Shown one piece after another: positions 47,434 to 56,549 of a DNA stretch of 64,000 nucleotides. Made by a program: the position numbers and the translations under genes. Position 1 is the first letter of the stretch. Each line of letters starts with the position of its first letter. Below the pieces are notes generated by a model. It searched no databases. It worked only from the letters and a program-made list of their open reading frames with translations, and was not told the origin of the DNA. Where the stretch lies: NCBI GenBank assembly GCA_002104905.1, contig MCFE01000042.1:138104-202103 (forward strand), read 5' to 3'. The stretch comes from Basidiobolus meristosporus CBS 931.73. Taxonomy: Eukaryota; Fungi; Basidiobolomycota.

Positions 47434-48943
47434 TCAGGCAGAGGTTGTAGCTTCTTCAGAGACAGCATTGACAATGTGACCTGCAGAGTCCCAGAGCTCT
47501 TCAAATGGTGCATCACTTAAGTCAGCAAGGAGGGAAATGGCATGGTTCTTGAGGAAGTATGCCACATCATAGGAGGGTGCTTGTCTCTTGATGGCAGCAA
47601 AGAAAGACAGAATGGCAACATGGGCTGGAGGCTTGTTGAACAGTAGAGAGTCAGAGGATTCAGATTCTTCAGGCACTATCTTGAAGTCAGTTTTCAGCCA
47701 GTTAAGGTTCTTCTCCACAAAGGCAACAATTGGGTCAGCAATGTTTTGGTCTAGGATAACCTCCAGAATCTTCCCTTTTCTCCAGGCCAGGTTGACAATT
47801 CTTGAGAGCTGAATATTGCATGCCTTGAGTGCTTTCCTGATGTTGGAAATGGGAGTCCAGGGAACTTGCTTCAAGTACACCACAGTCCAGGTAGAAGCTG
47901 GTGGTAGGTTTGCTGGGGGCTTGTAAGTCCTTCTGTGTGGCAATGGAGCTGCAGTAGTCAGATTGGAGTCCACATTCTCAGTAGAGGGTTTTCTTGATGT
48001 GTCTTGCTGAATGGTACTGGAGCAGGATGTGCTGATAATTCTTGCTAGAACCTTGCCTGCATAAATCTGAGGTATAGCTGAGGTGACTGTATAGGTGGTG
48101 GCAGCTGGTGCAGGTGGAGAGGCAGAAACTGAAGCAGGAACTGAGGTCACCTGGGAGAAGGCAGTAGAAGCAGGTTTTCTGGGAGGAACAGAGTTCACTA
48201 TCCAGTTGTTCTGTAAAACACTGGAGTAGCTTTTCTGTGGAACAGGATCTTGCTCTTGAACAGGAACAGAAGCAGCAGGCTGGGGCTGAGCAGTAGTGGT
48301 AAGGCAGTGGCACTCCAAGGAAGCTTTTTGCAAGGCATCTCTGGCAGTTTTCAGGGCAGTGTTGGCTTCATTCTTGAGCTTCTTGCATTGGGCATCCAGT
48401 CTCTTGTTTTCAATAGTCCAGGGCAGTATTGGCAGCCTCTAAATCAGCAATTCTCTTCTCAATTGCAAGGAATCTCTGAAGAAATGCATCAGTAGAAGTG
48501 CTGGCATCTGGGAGAGCAGTGGCAGGAATAGACTCCATTGACAGTGGGCTTCTTGGAGGCAAGGAAAGTGGACTGGCAGATTCAGGCACAAAAGGAGATA
48601 TCCTGGCAGGAGGAGAAGGAGTATCCAAGGCAGTAACAGAGGCAATTCTTGTTGGTGAAGCAGCAGCAGGGGAGGCAGGCCTGTTCAGAAACTGGGCAGG
48701 AGAGAGTGCTTGAGGAGAGGGAGTCTTCAGCTTGCCAAGCATGTCTTCCATCAGAGTGATACCAATATTCCTGGTGCATTTGCAGAGAAAAGTAAGCTTC
48801 CTGAGTCTGCCAGCTCTTCCATTCCTTCTGATAGTTCCTTTGTTTCCACAGTTGGGGCAAGAAATCTTCTTGACAGACTTGTCAAAGCAATCAAGAACCT
48901 TCCTTTCAGGTGTAGTGGGCTCCTGTTGAGGTTTTGGGTGCAT
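47434..48943 (-). CDS. LINE ORF1 (N-terminal Cys cluster, Pro/Ser linker, coiled coil, C-terminal domain); +1 frameshift at ~48420
   Basis: ATG 48943 (MHPKPQQ), CPNC...CKC, low-complexity linker. Removing one G after ANTAL restores the coiled coil TIENKRLDAQCKKLKNEANTALKTARDALQK, which runs into the 299-aa track ORF ending EATTSA*. Confidence 0.75.
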
Positions 48944-49201
48944 ATCCAGAGTTTCAGCTTCAAATTTCAATTTTTGAGATTTTTGGGTGATTTTTGATGG
49001 GTGGGATCAAAATTAGGGTTAGGGTTGCGCGCTGTGACTGCTTTTTATGATCGCAAGGTCAGAACCTAGGAAAAAATAAAAATAGTTAGTAAAGGTGATT
49101 TAATGGATGGATGGATGGATTCGGAGTCAGATTCAATCAAAAAATCAAATCGTTGACTAATTTAAAGAGGGTAGGGTGTAGGGTTAGGGTTAGGGTGTAG
49201 G

Positions 49202-49505
49202 GGGGAGACAGTCACCAACAGGTGAAATCTTTATTTCAGTTGAAACAAAGAAGCCAGCGCTACTGTTGTAGCTTTGATACAAGAGTGTGTAGCTGAGGGG
49301 AATTTGTAGGTAAGTTAATAAGAAGTGATGATAGCTCTTCAGTGCTCAAGACACTGTTCAGTGGGAAGGGGGGTAGCAAGAGAGGTAAGAATGACTTGTG
49401 AACAACATTAATGAGGGGAATGTGATAAGGATTGATATTCATCATAAATGGAGTGTGCTGCTGCAGATATTGCTGCCAAAGGTCTGTCAAGTACTTCAGG
49501 TAGGC
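49202..49505 (-). mobile_element. 5'-truncated LINE copy C (304 bp) with 18-bp target-site duplication
   Basis: Near-identical to the last 300 nt of copies B and D. Flanked by TTAGGGTTAGGGTGTAGG at 49184-49201 and 49506-49523. Confidence 0.93.
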
Positions 49506-49552
49506 TTAGGGTTAGGGTGTAGGTGTTATAGTAAGGGCTAGAAAAAGGTTAG

Positions 49553-49636
49553 AAGAGCAGGGGGTCTGGGGGACGCAGTCCCCTAGAGAATAAAAAAGCA
49601 GGGGGTTTGGGGGATGCAATCCCCCATACTGCTCTT
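49553..49636. other. Pair of G/C hairpins with GCA loops inside an 8-bp outer inverted repeat
   Basis: GGGGAC-GCA-GTCCCC (49569-49583) and GGGGGAT-GCA-ATCCCCC (49609-49625), each preceded by AGCAGGGGGT. Outer arms AAGAGCAG (49553) and CTGCTCTT (49629). Confidence 0.75.
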
Positions 49637-50139
49637 ATACTCTTTAAATTCCCGTTGGATTACTTTTCTCTCATTCTTGGTTCTGGTCCCTTAGGGTTAG
49701 AATTCCTCCTCCTAACCCTTATCACCCTAACCATAAATATTTTTACCCTACAATTGGCACATTGTCTGCTCATATGGTGGGCATGTCTGGGCCAATATTT
49801 GTCTCCCTATACTGTCCATATGCTCTGTATAAGTCTTGATGACTATTTAATTAATAAATTGTTATTTTTAATATATATCTAATAATTAATGGGATTCATC
49901 CCAATCTGACCACAATCCCATATTTTGATAAGCTTCGGGCACCATAAATTGCGCGGCCCTAATATGATAAAAAAATTCATGGCCAATACAAATTTTCTGT
50001 AACCCGATTGCTTTTACCAAATATAAAGTGTATCCAAAAGTTCAATATATATTATGGCTATAATAGAAACTTTATTGGACACCATCGCAACTACTACTTA
50101 TGTTCTATGCGCACATGTATCCCGCGGGAATTGTAAAAC

Positions 50140-50930
50140 TTAGCCACGTGGTACAAAAGTGCTTTAATTTTTCATCATGATAGTTTTACATGAGTTCCTA
50201 ACGCACTTTGAAAGTACGCAGTAGCCATACCCCAACAGGTTTTAAGGATGTCCACTAGCTACGTCTACTTGTGTCTAGCGGGAGCCATCAATCATCAGCC
50301 GCGCAATACTGAAATGCTTTTATTTTTCATCATGCTAGTTTTGTATGAATCCCTAACGCACTTTCATAGTGCGCGGTAACCATACCCCAACAGGTTTTAA
50401 GGATACCCACTTGCTACGTTTACTTGTGTCTAGCGGGAGTCATCAATCATCAGCCGCGCGGTAAAAAAGTGCTTTTATTTTTCATCATGATAGTTTTACA
50501 TGAGTCCCTAATGCACTTTTATAGTGCGCGGTAACCATACCCCAACAGGTTTTAAGGATACCCACTTGCTACGTTTACTTGTGTCTAGCGGGAGTTATCA
50601 ATCATCAGCCGCGCGGTAATAAAGTGCTTTTATTTTTCATCATGATAGTTTTACATGAGTCCTTAACGCACTTTCATAGTGCGCGGTAACCATACCCCAA
50701 CAGGTTTTAAGGATACCCACTTGCTACGTTTACTTGTGTCTAGCGGGAGTTATCAATCATCAGCCGCGCGGTAATAAAGTGCTTTTATTTTTCATCATGA
50801 TAGTTTTACATGAGTCCCTAACGCACTTTTATAGTGCGCGGTAACCATACCCCCAGAAAGTAGTGTGGATGCTTACTTTAAACGCTCACTTGTGTATTGT
50901 ACGGAATATCAACAAACAGCCGCGTGGGAA
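50140..50930. repeat. Tandem array of about 5 x 155 bp
   Basis: The gcttt(t/a)...tttttcatcatg anchor recurs at 50161, 50316, 50471, 50626 and 50781. The central units are near-identical and the terminal units diverged. Confidence 0.95.
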
Positions 50931-51312
50931 TGGAACATCATAGAAAAGCATTGCTTTGTTGTTAGCAAGTATTGATGCGCAAATAGTGGTACTATGTGAA
51001 TTATTGAGTAACTATTTACTCTAGTTGGTTCCAAGATATTCCTAGACAATATGCTCAAAATCAATATTAGCATCAATAGCTTGCTCTTTGATCACTAAAC
51101 CACCGCACCCAATATGCGGTGGCCTTGGTTTTGTCTAGCCGTCGAGGAATGAAACCAGAGTACAGTCACAAGAGAGGCAAAAGTGAAATGTGATGAAGTA
51201 AGTGTATATGAAAGTAATATAAATCTACAGGACAGAAGAGAACAACTAGTAGTTAAACAGCACTCACTGACACTCCACCGAGTAGAGCACCAACACGGAC
51301 AATAAACAAGTC

Positions 51313-51774
51313 ATGAGGGGAAAGCTTAAGGACCGCTACTCGGGGATCAAGACCAAAAGAGGAAGCTGCCTCTACCATAGCAGTCCTCGCGCTCCAAAGG
51401 AAGACCAAGAGTCTATTATAGACAAAGATTGCGGCGAGAAGAGCAGTACAATTACCAGTTCTGGTAGTGGTACCTTTGGAAGTCCCGAATACCTGGAGAA
51501 AACTCGGAAAAAATTGGCAGATGACTCAGTTGTCCTGAGGAGAAAACGAACCAATGCGATTGAGCAGTTCCGAAACGAACTTCAGCTTAGTTCTTCTTTG
51601 CCTCACTATAAAGTACTCCAAGTGGCTTATTTTGATTATAAGCGTATGAAGGAGAATCAGGCAGAGACTGATAAATTAAGTGATAGTCAATTGCATCACT
51701 TCTTAGATCAGGTAGAGAAACAGTCGCACAGCCAAGAGACGGAACAAGAATTGACGATTACAGAAACCAAATAA
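51313..51774 (+). CDS. Hypothetical protein (153 aa, basic/helical)
   Basis: ATG-started ORF followed by AATAAA-like signals; no family recognised. Confidence 0.45.
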   Translation: MRGKLKDRYSGIKTKRGSCLYHSSPRAPKEDQESIIDKDCGEKSSTITSSGSGTFGSPEYLEKTRKKLADDSVVLRRKRTNAIEQFRNELQLSSSLPHYKVLQVAYFDYKRMKENQAETDKLSDSQLHHFLDQVEKQSHSQETEQELTITETK

Positions 51775-52006
51775 TTTTGCCAATGTAGTTTTGCATTTTA
51801 ATAAAATAAAAGGGTGTTAATAAGAACAGAATAAAGTTAACTTATGTGTACATCAAATGATTCAAATACTGGCTAGATGGATGTTACGTAGGAGCAAGAA
51901 GCTCAGTAACCTCAAAGGAAAGATATGATGAATGGGCCACCGACATCATCCGAATGAGTATAAAAGTGGAGAAAGGAGACATAATCCTTCATAAAAAACA
52001 AGAAGC

Positions 52007-52792
52007 ATGGAAGCAGGCAGTAGCCGGGTAGATGCCAGGAGTGAAGGTAGAGTACAAAGAGAGCGAGGAAGGGGACAAGGACGCGGAAGAGGACGCGGAA
52101 CCGGGCGCGGAAGAGGAAGAGGGCAAGGAAGTGGCCAAATCCAAGAGGAGCGTGAAGGAGGTGTTGCAGCAAACGTGGATGATGCTGAGCAAGTTGCTGT
52201 AGTCACTACCAGGCGGCCGGTCAACCAAGTTTCCCAAGCATTGTCAGAGGTTCGACAAGAGCTTCCGGAATATAGGACAACATCGCACCATGAGATATTG
52301 CGACGTATGTGCCAGGAGATTAAACAGAGGAGGGGTGATATTGTAAAGCTAAATCGGGATATTGCTGGACTTCAAGCCCAGATTGATTTCAGTTTCCACC
52401 ATTCTACTGAGGCATTAGTGGCACAAATGGTGGAAAAGTTTGCCCGCATCAGGGCAAGCGATGAGCAGGATGCATCTTCCGACCCAGGTGTACTTGCGAG
52501 CGACAGTATTGGAGGGGATACTACTTCCTCCCTCGAACCTACCACAAGCCAAGAGACAAGAGCAGAATCCTCCACAACAATGAGAATGGCCCCCACGCAG
52601 GTTGATATGGAAGTGTGCGAAGAAGACGTGGAGAAGCAGAGTGGGGATACTATAGGCCAACCAGAAACTGTAATGGAGGCGGAGAGACCAAGTCATATTG
52701 TCATCTTAAAAATACCACAGGTTGATTCATCGCTATCACTTCCCCCATCATCACTATCTGTGCCCCCATCACCACCGCCATCCTCTGGCTAA
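52007..52792 (+). CDS. Hypothetical protein (261 aa) with RG/GRG-rich segment and coiled coil
   Basis: GRGQGRGRGRGTGRGRGRG tract (possible nucleic-acid binding), predicted coiled coil EIKQRRGDIVKLNRDIAGLQAQID, acidic and Pro-rich tail. Confidence 0.5.
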   Translation: MEAGSSRVDARSEGRVQRERGRGQGRGRGRGTGRGRGRGQGSGQIQEEREGGVAANVDDAEQVAVVTTRRPVNQVSQALSEVRQELPEYRTTSHHEILRRMCQEIKQRRGDIVKLNRDIAGLQAQIDFSFHHSTEALVAQMVEKFARIRASDEQDASSDPGVLASDSIGGDTTSSLEPTTSQETRAESSTTMRMAPTQVDMEVCEEDVEKQSGDTIGQPETVMEAERPSHIVILKIPQVDSSLSLPPSSLSVPPSPPPSSG

Positions 52793-52983
52793 CTTGAGTA
52801 AATAAAGAATTTCCACCATCCCAAATCAATGAATTGACAAGTAATAAGTTGAACTGATAAGATTGACGATTTACAGACTAATATATGTAAAGTATGTAGT
52901 ACTTAAGAGCTTTCAAGTTGTGGTGTATTATCAAGTATTCACCGTCACATAAATCACGCAGCAGTTGTTGTATCCCTATCCCA

Positions 52984-55812
52984 ATGGCATTAGAAGCCAG
53001 CAGTTACAAGGAGCATCGGAAAAATTTTGGCGTTTACCTGGCGACGGTGGCAGGTGTAACAAAACGCAGCTATTGCTCGATGACCATTACCCCGTCTATG
53101 AGATACTTGCTATTATATGGAGGGTATTCTGTTGAGCACTTTCAAGACAGCAAAATATCCCCGCCTTATGATGAGCGTATAGCTGAAGAAACATCCGGCC
53201 GTGGAATACTCTATGAGCCCAGCTCAAAGGTTCAAATGATTCACCTTGCAGATCTACACGGTGATGAAGACATCACAGTGACAGTTCTCCCGACTCCAGA
53301 CAACATATCAACTACAGAGGCAGCCAAAGGGGTGATTTTAATTGGCAACAGCTGTGCTAGTGACCACGAGAATCTCTACATATATGGTGGTTTTGAGCTG
53401 AGCCGTAGAGAATACTCAGGGCGACATGAAAGTGCCAAAAAACGGGGGAAAAAAGCGATACGAAGCAAGAGTGGGGAGACAATCAATAGAAGACTGAGCA
53501 AGCTGGAGGTAATCACGTACAAAGATGGCAATGGATGCTCCAGAGTATTGGAGACAAGGCCATTCTTGAATAATCCTGCGAATATGCCTTCAGCAAGAGG
53601 TTGGGCAGTTCTTACGTACGCATTTGATTGCTTATTCTTGCTGGGCGGCTATCCTACACCATCGGAACCACCTTATACCCAACCAAATGGGAGTTTTTTA
53701 AACGAGTTCTACTGTTTAAAATTGCGAACTGGTGATTGGGAAAGACGATATGTACACTCAGCAATACAGGAGCTTGGAGAAAACTTTATTGCTGTGGTAA
53801 ACGAGTATGGCAACCAAATCCAATACATCAACAATGCAAATGTTACATTCACCTATGATGTCGATAATCAGATCTGGACTTACCCTCCCGATCCAAGTCA
53901 GGAAGAAATGAGTACAAAGCAGCTACTAGGGCGCATTCTTAATGAATTGGCAGCAATCTCTCAGCGGCACGAGAGGGAAGGCGAAGGAAGTGCTGAGACT
54001 GAAAATATCTTGCGGCATAGTGCCCATGGTCTTACTGTCCCACTTAAGAACCATCAAGCATTTGGCGTACGATGGCTGATGTATACAGAGGCCATCCATA
54101 AAGGAGCATTGCTTGCCGATTCCATGGGACTTGGAAAGACATTGCAGATATTAAGTCTCATATTGGAGACACCTGAGCAAAGGCCAAATCTTATTGTTGT
54201 CACGCTTGGAATACTTCTCAATTGGGTGATGGAGATAAAGACAAAAACAAGGATATCCGATGAAGAGCTTCATGTATTTCATGGAAAATTCCGAGCTATC
54301 AAGAAGTCAGATATGGAGACTAAGAGGATCGTGCTCACCACCTACCACACACTATGTGTTGAAGCAAGGAACCCTGATTCGCCTATATGGAATGTGAAAT
54401 TTGGCCGAATAGTGGCCGATGAGGCAGATACACTTAAGAACTACGAAGGCGGTAGCTTAAACGCAGTGAGTAAAATTGATGGAGAATCCTTGATACTTGT
54501 CACTGCCACCCCATTCCAAAATGAGATTATGGATCTTTATTCATATTTCACATTATTCAATCTATGGGAAGGTATTCCAAAGGATTTCCATCGACTCCTA
54601 CTTGAGGAGGCCAATGCAAACAGGCTAGTTGAATGGGTTGTAGAAAGACTTGGCCCATTAATATTGAGACGCGTTCCAGAGTCGCAAATATTTGGAGAAC
54701 GCGCAGTATCCATGCCTAGTATTCAAGAGCAGATTGTCTTGTGCCAATTCTTGCCGGAGGAGCTGCAGGAGTACAAACAACTGCAGTCAAGTCTTCCAGA
54801 GGAAGTCGGTCGGATGGGTGCAAATACCTATCTGCGTCTGTACTCATGCCATCCATATATGTATACCTGGAGCAGGAAGAGGAATCGACTGAAAAAAGCG
54901 GCTGATGCTAGCATTGTCCAAGATGTCGAGATGAGTGAGGATGATTTTCTACCTGAGATTGATGAGGATCTTGAGGCGGTTGCGGTTGAGGTTGAGGAGC
55001 AGCTTCAAGAGATTAATAGCGAAGAGGTTGACAGCTCATCCAATGTTCCATCTACTTCTGCACCAACTGCCATACGCACCGAAGACGCCCCTACAATTGC
55101 CCAAAGAGGGCTTGCGTTAGAGGACTCCAACAGGGTATTCATCCAAGATTTCCTCACTGGTGTAACCAACAACACTGTGAACGAGCATAGTGGCAAAACT
55201 CGGAAAATCATGGAAATCCTGCTTGAAATCCAAGAAAATAAGGAGCACGCACGTGTTATTATTTTTTCTGGGTTTAATCTGATGCTTGACATAGTGGCTT
55301 ACCATTTGAGGGAGCAGAGCATTGAACATCTGAAGATTACCGGTTCCACCCCAGTTCGGATACGAAAGAGCAGTATAGATACATTTGCATTGCCAGTTCC
55401 GGAGGGCGAGATTTGTGTGTTACTGATCAACATCAAATGTGGCGCATTTGGATTAAATTTGCAGATGGCATCGGCGGTGATCATTGCCGACAATTGGTGG
55501 AATCCCTATGTAGAAATCCAAGCGAAGGCCAGAGTTTGGAGGGTGAATCAACCAAATAATGTTTCTAGTTACCAGTTAGTCATGCAAGATTCCATTGAAG
55601 CTCAGGGTGTAATTGACAGTCAAACTCGTAAGATTGGCTTATTTGGCCAGATTACGCATACGTTGGTAGATGAAGCATCCGAAGTACCAATTTCATTACA
55701 ACTTCAAGAGCAAGATGATCGGTACTTGAGCCAATTACATGAAGCGCAAGGCAGTGGATCTCTGATGCACGAAGATGAAGAGGAGGTTGATGAGACGACA
55801 GATGAGGAGTAA
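52984..55812 (+). CDS. Kelch-like beta-propeller fused to SWI2/SNF2-family ATPase
   Basis: Intronless. N-terminal LLLYGG / LYIYGG / LFLLGG repeats with Kelch-like spacing. SNF2 motifs: LADSMGLGKTLQ, IVADEAD, TATPFQNE, IIFSGF, GAFGLNLQMASAVIIADNWWNP, QAKARVWRVNQ. Confidence 0.85.
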   Translation: MALEASSYKEHRKNFGVYLATVAGVTKRSYCSMTITPSMRYLLLYGGYSVEHFQDSKISPPYDERIAEETSGRGILYEPSSKVQMIHLADLHGDEDITVTVLPTPDNISTTEAAKGVILIGNSCASDHENLYIYGGFELSRREYSGRHESAKKRGKKAIRSKSGETINRRLSKLEVITYKDGNGCSRVLETRPFLNNPANMPSARGWAVLTYAFDCLFLLGGYPTPSEPPYTQPNGSFLNEFYCLKLRTGDWERRYVHSAIQELGENFIAVVNEYGNQIQYINNANVTFTYDVDNQIWTYPPDPSQEEMSTKQLLGRILNELAAISQRHEREGEGSAETENILRHSAHGLTVPLKNHQAFGVRWLMYTEAIHKGALLADSMGLGKTLQILSLILETPEQRPNLIVVTLGILLNWVMEIKTKTRISDEELHVFHGKFRAIKKSDMETKRIVLTTYHTLCVEARNPDSPIWNVKFGRIVADEADTLKNYEGGSLNAVSKIDGESLILVTATPFQNEIMDLYSYFTLFNLWEGIPKDFHRLLLEEANANRLVEWVVERLGPLILRRVPESQIFGERAVSMPSIQEQIVLCQFLPEELQEYKQLQSSLPEEVGRMGANTYLRLYSCHPYMYTWSRKRNRLKKAADASIVQDVEMSEDDFLPEIDEDLEAVAVEVEEQLQEINSEEVDSSSNVPSTSAPTAIRTEDAPTIAQRGLALEDSNRVFIQDFLTGVTNNTVNEHSGKTRKIMEILLEIQENKEHARVIIFSGFNLMLDIVAYHLREQSIEHLKITGSTPVRIRKSSIDTFALPVPEGEICVLLINIKCGAFGLNLQMASAVIIADNWWNPYVEIQAKARVWRVNQPNNVSSYQLVMQDSIEAQGVIDSQTRKIGLFGQITHTLVDEASEVPISLQLQEQDDRYLSQLHEAQGSGSLMHEDEEEVDETTDEE

Positions 55813-55984
55813 ATAGGGGTTGCAATGTACCAGGAATCAAGTATGCCAGACTCGAGGTAGTAGTAGCTACTATTGGTAAATAAACAATGAGACTAATCTT
55901 TTTGCACGAGAAGGGTGGGAGAGGGAGAGGGAGAGAGAAAAGTCAGAGTGGTACAGTCTAAATAAAAAAGGGTGCGAGAGTTTT

Positions 55985-56318
55985 ATGGTGATGAAGATAA
56001 ACATGCATTTGGTGCCGCGCGGTGGTGTTGGGGATTCATCGGGCACAAATGAAAGTGCGATGCTAGAATATAGTGATGAGAATAACCATAGGTTTGGTGC
56101 CGCGCGGTGCCAATTTGGTATTGAGATTCATCAGGCACAAATGAGAGTGCGATACTAGAATATGGTGATGAGAATAACCATAGGTTTGGTGCCGCGCGGT
56201 GCCAATTTGGTATTGAGATTCATCAGGCACAAATGAGAGTGCGATACTAGAATATGGTGATGAGAATAACCATAGGTTTGGTGCCGCGCGGTGCCAATTT
56301 GGTATTGAGATTCATCAA
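55985..56318. repeat. Tandem array of about 3.6 x 92 bp
   Basis: ctagaat recurs at 56063, 56155 and 56247; the first unit (~55985-56062) is diverged. Each unit contains gtgccgcgcggt. Confidence 0.95.
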
Positions 56319-56549
56319 TATGCGGTAATGAATGATTTGATATGTGCCTTCGTTGGATGGATGACATGCGTTAGTTGGTACTAAAATAGTCTACTCCAAC
56401 AAAAACCGCAGGGTATGCCCCCGTGTCTGTTTCATGGGGTTCAGTAAATCACCCAGGGCTATATAAAAATGAAGACCTCTTCTGTAAGGTATTCAGACAC
56501 AGACGCGAGAGTTAGTGAAGTACTTGAATCTTACTCACAATTGTAAGCA

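Larger units (their letters stand above)
44605..49014 (-). mobile_element. Near full-length non-LTR retrotransposon (LINE-like; ORF1 + APE-RT ORF2), copy B
   Basis: ORF1 followed in frame by APE and RT domains; the 3' end abuts GGGTTAG9. The 5' boundary is uncertain (about 49014 or up to about 49170). One frameshift in each ORF. Confidence 0.92.
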
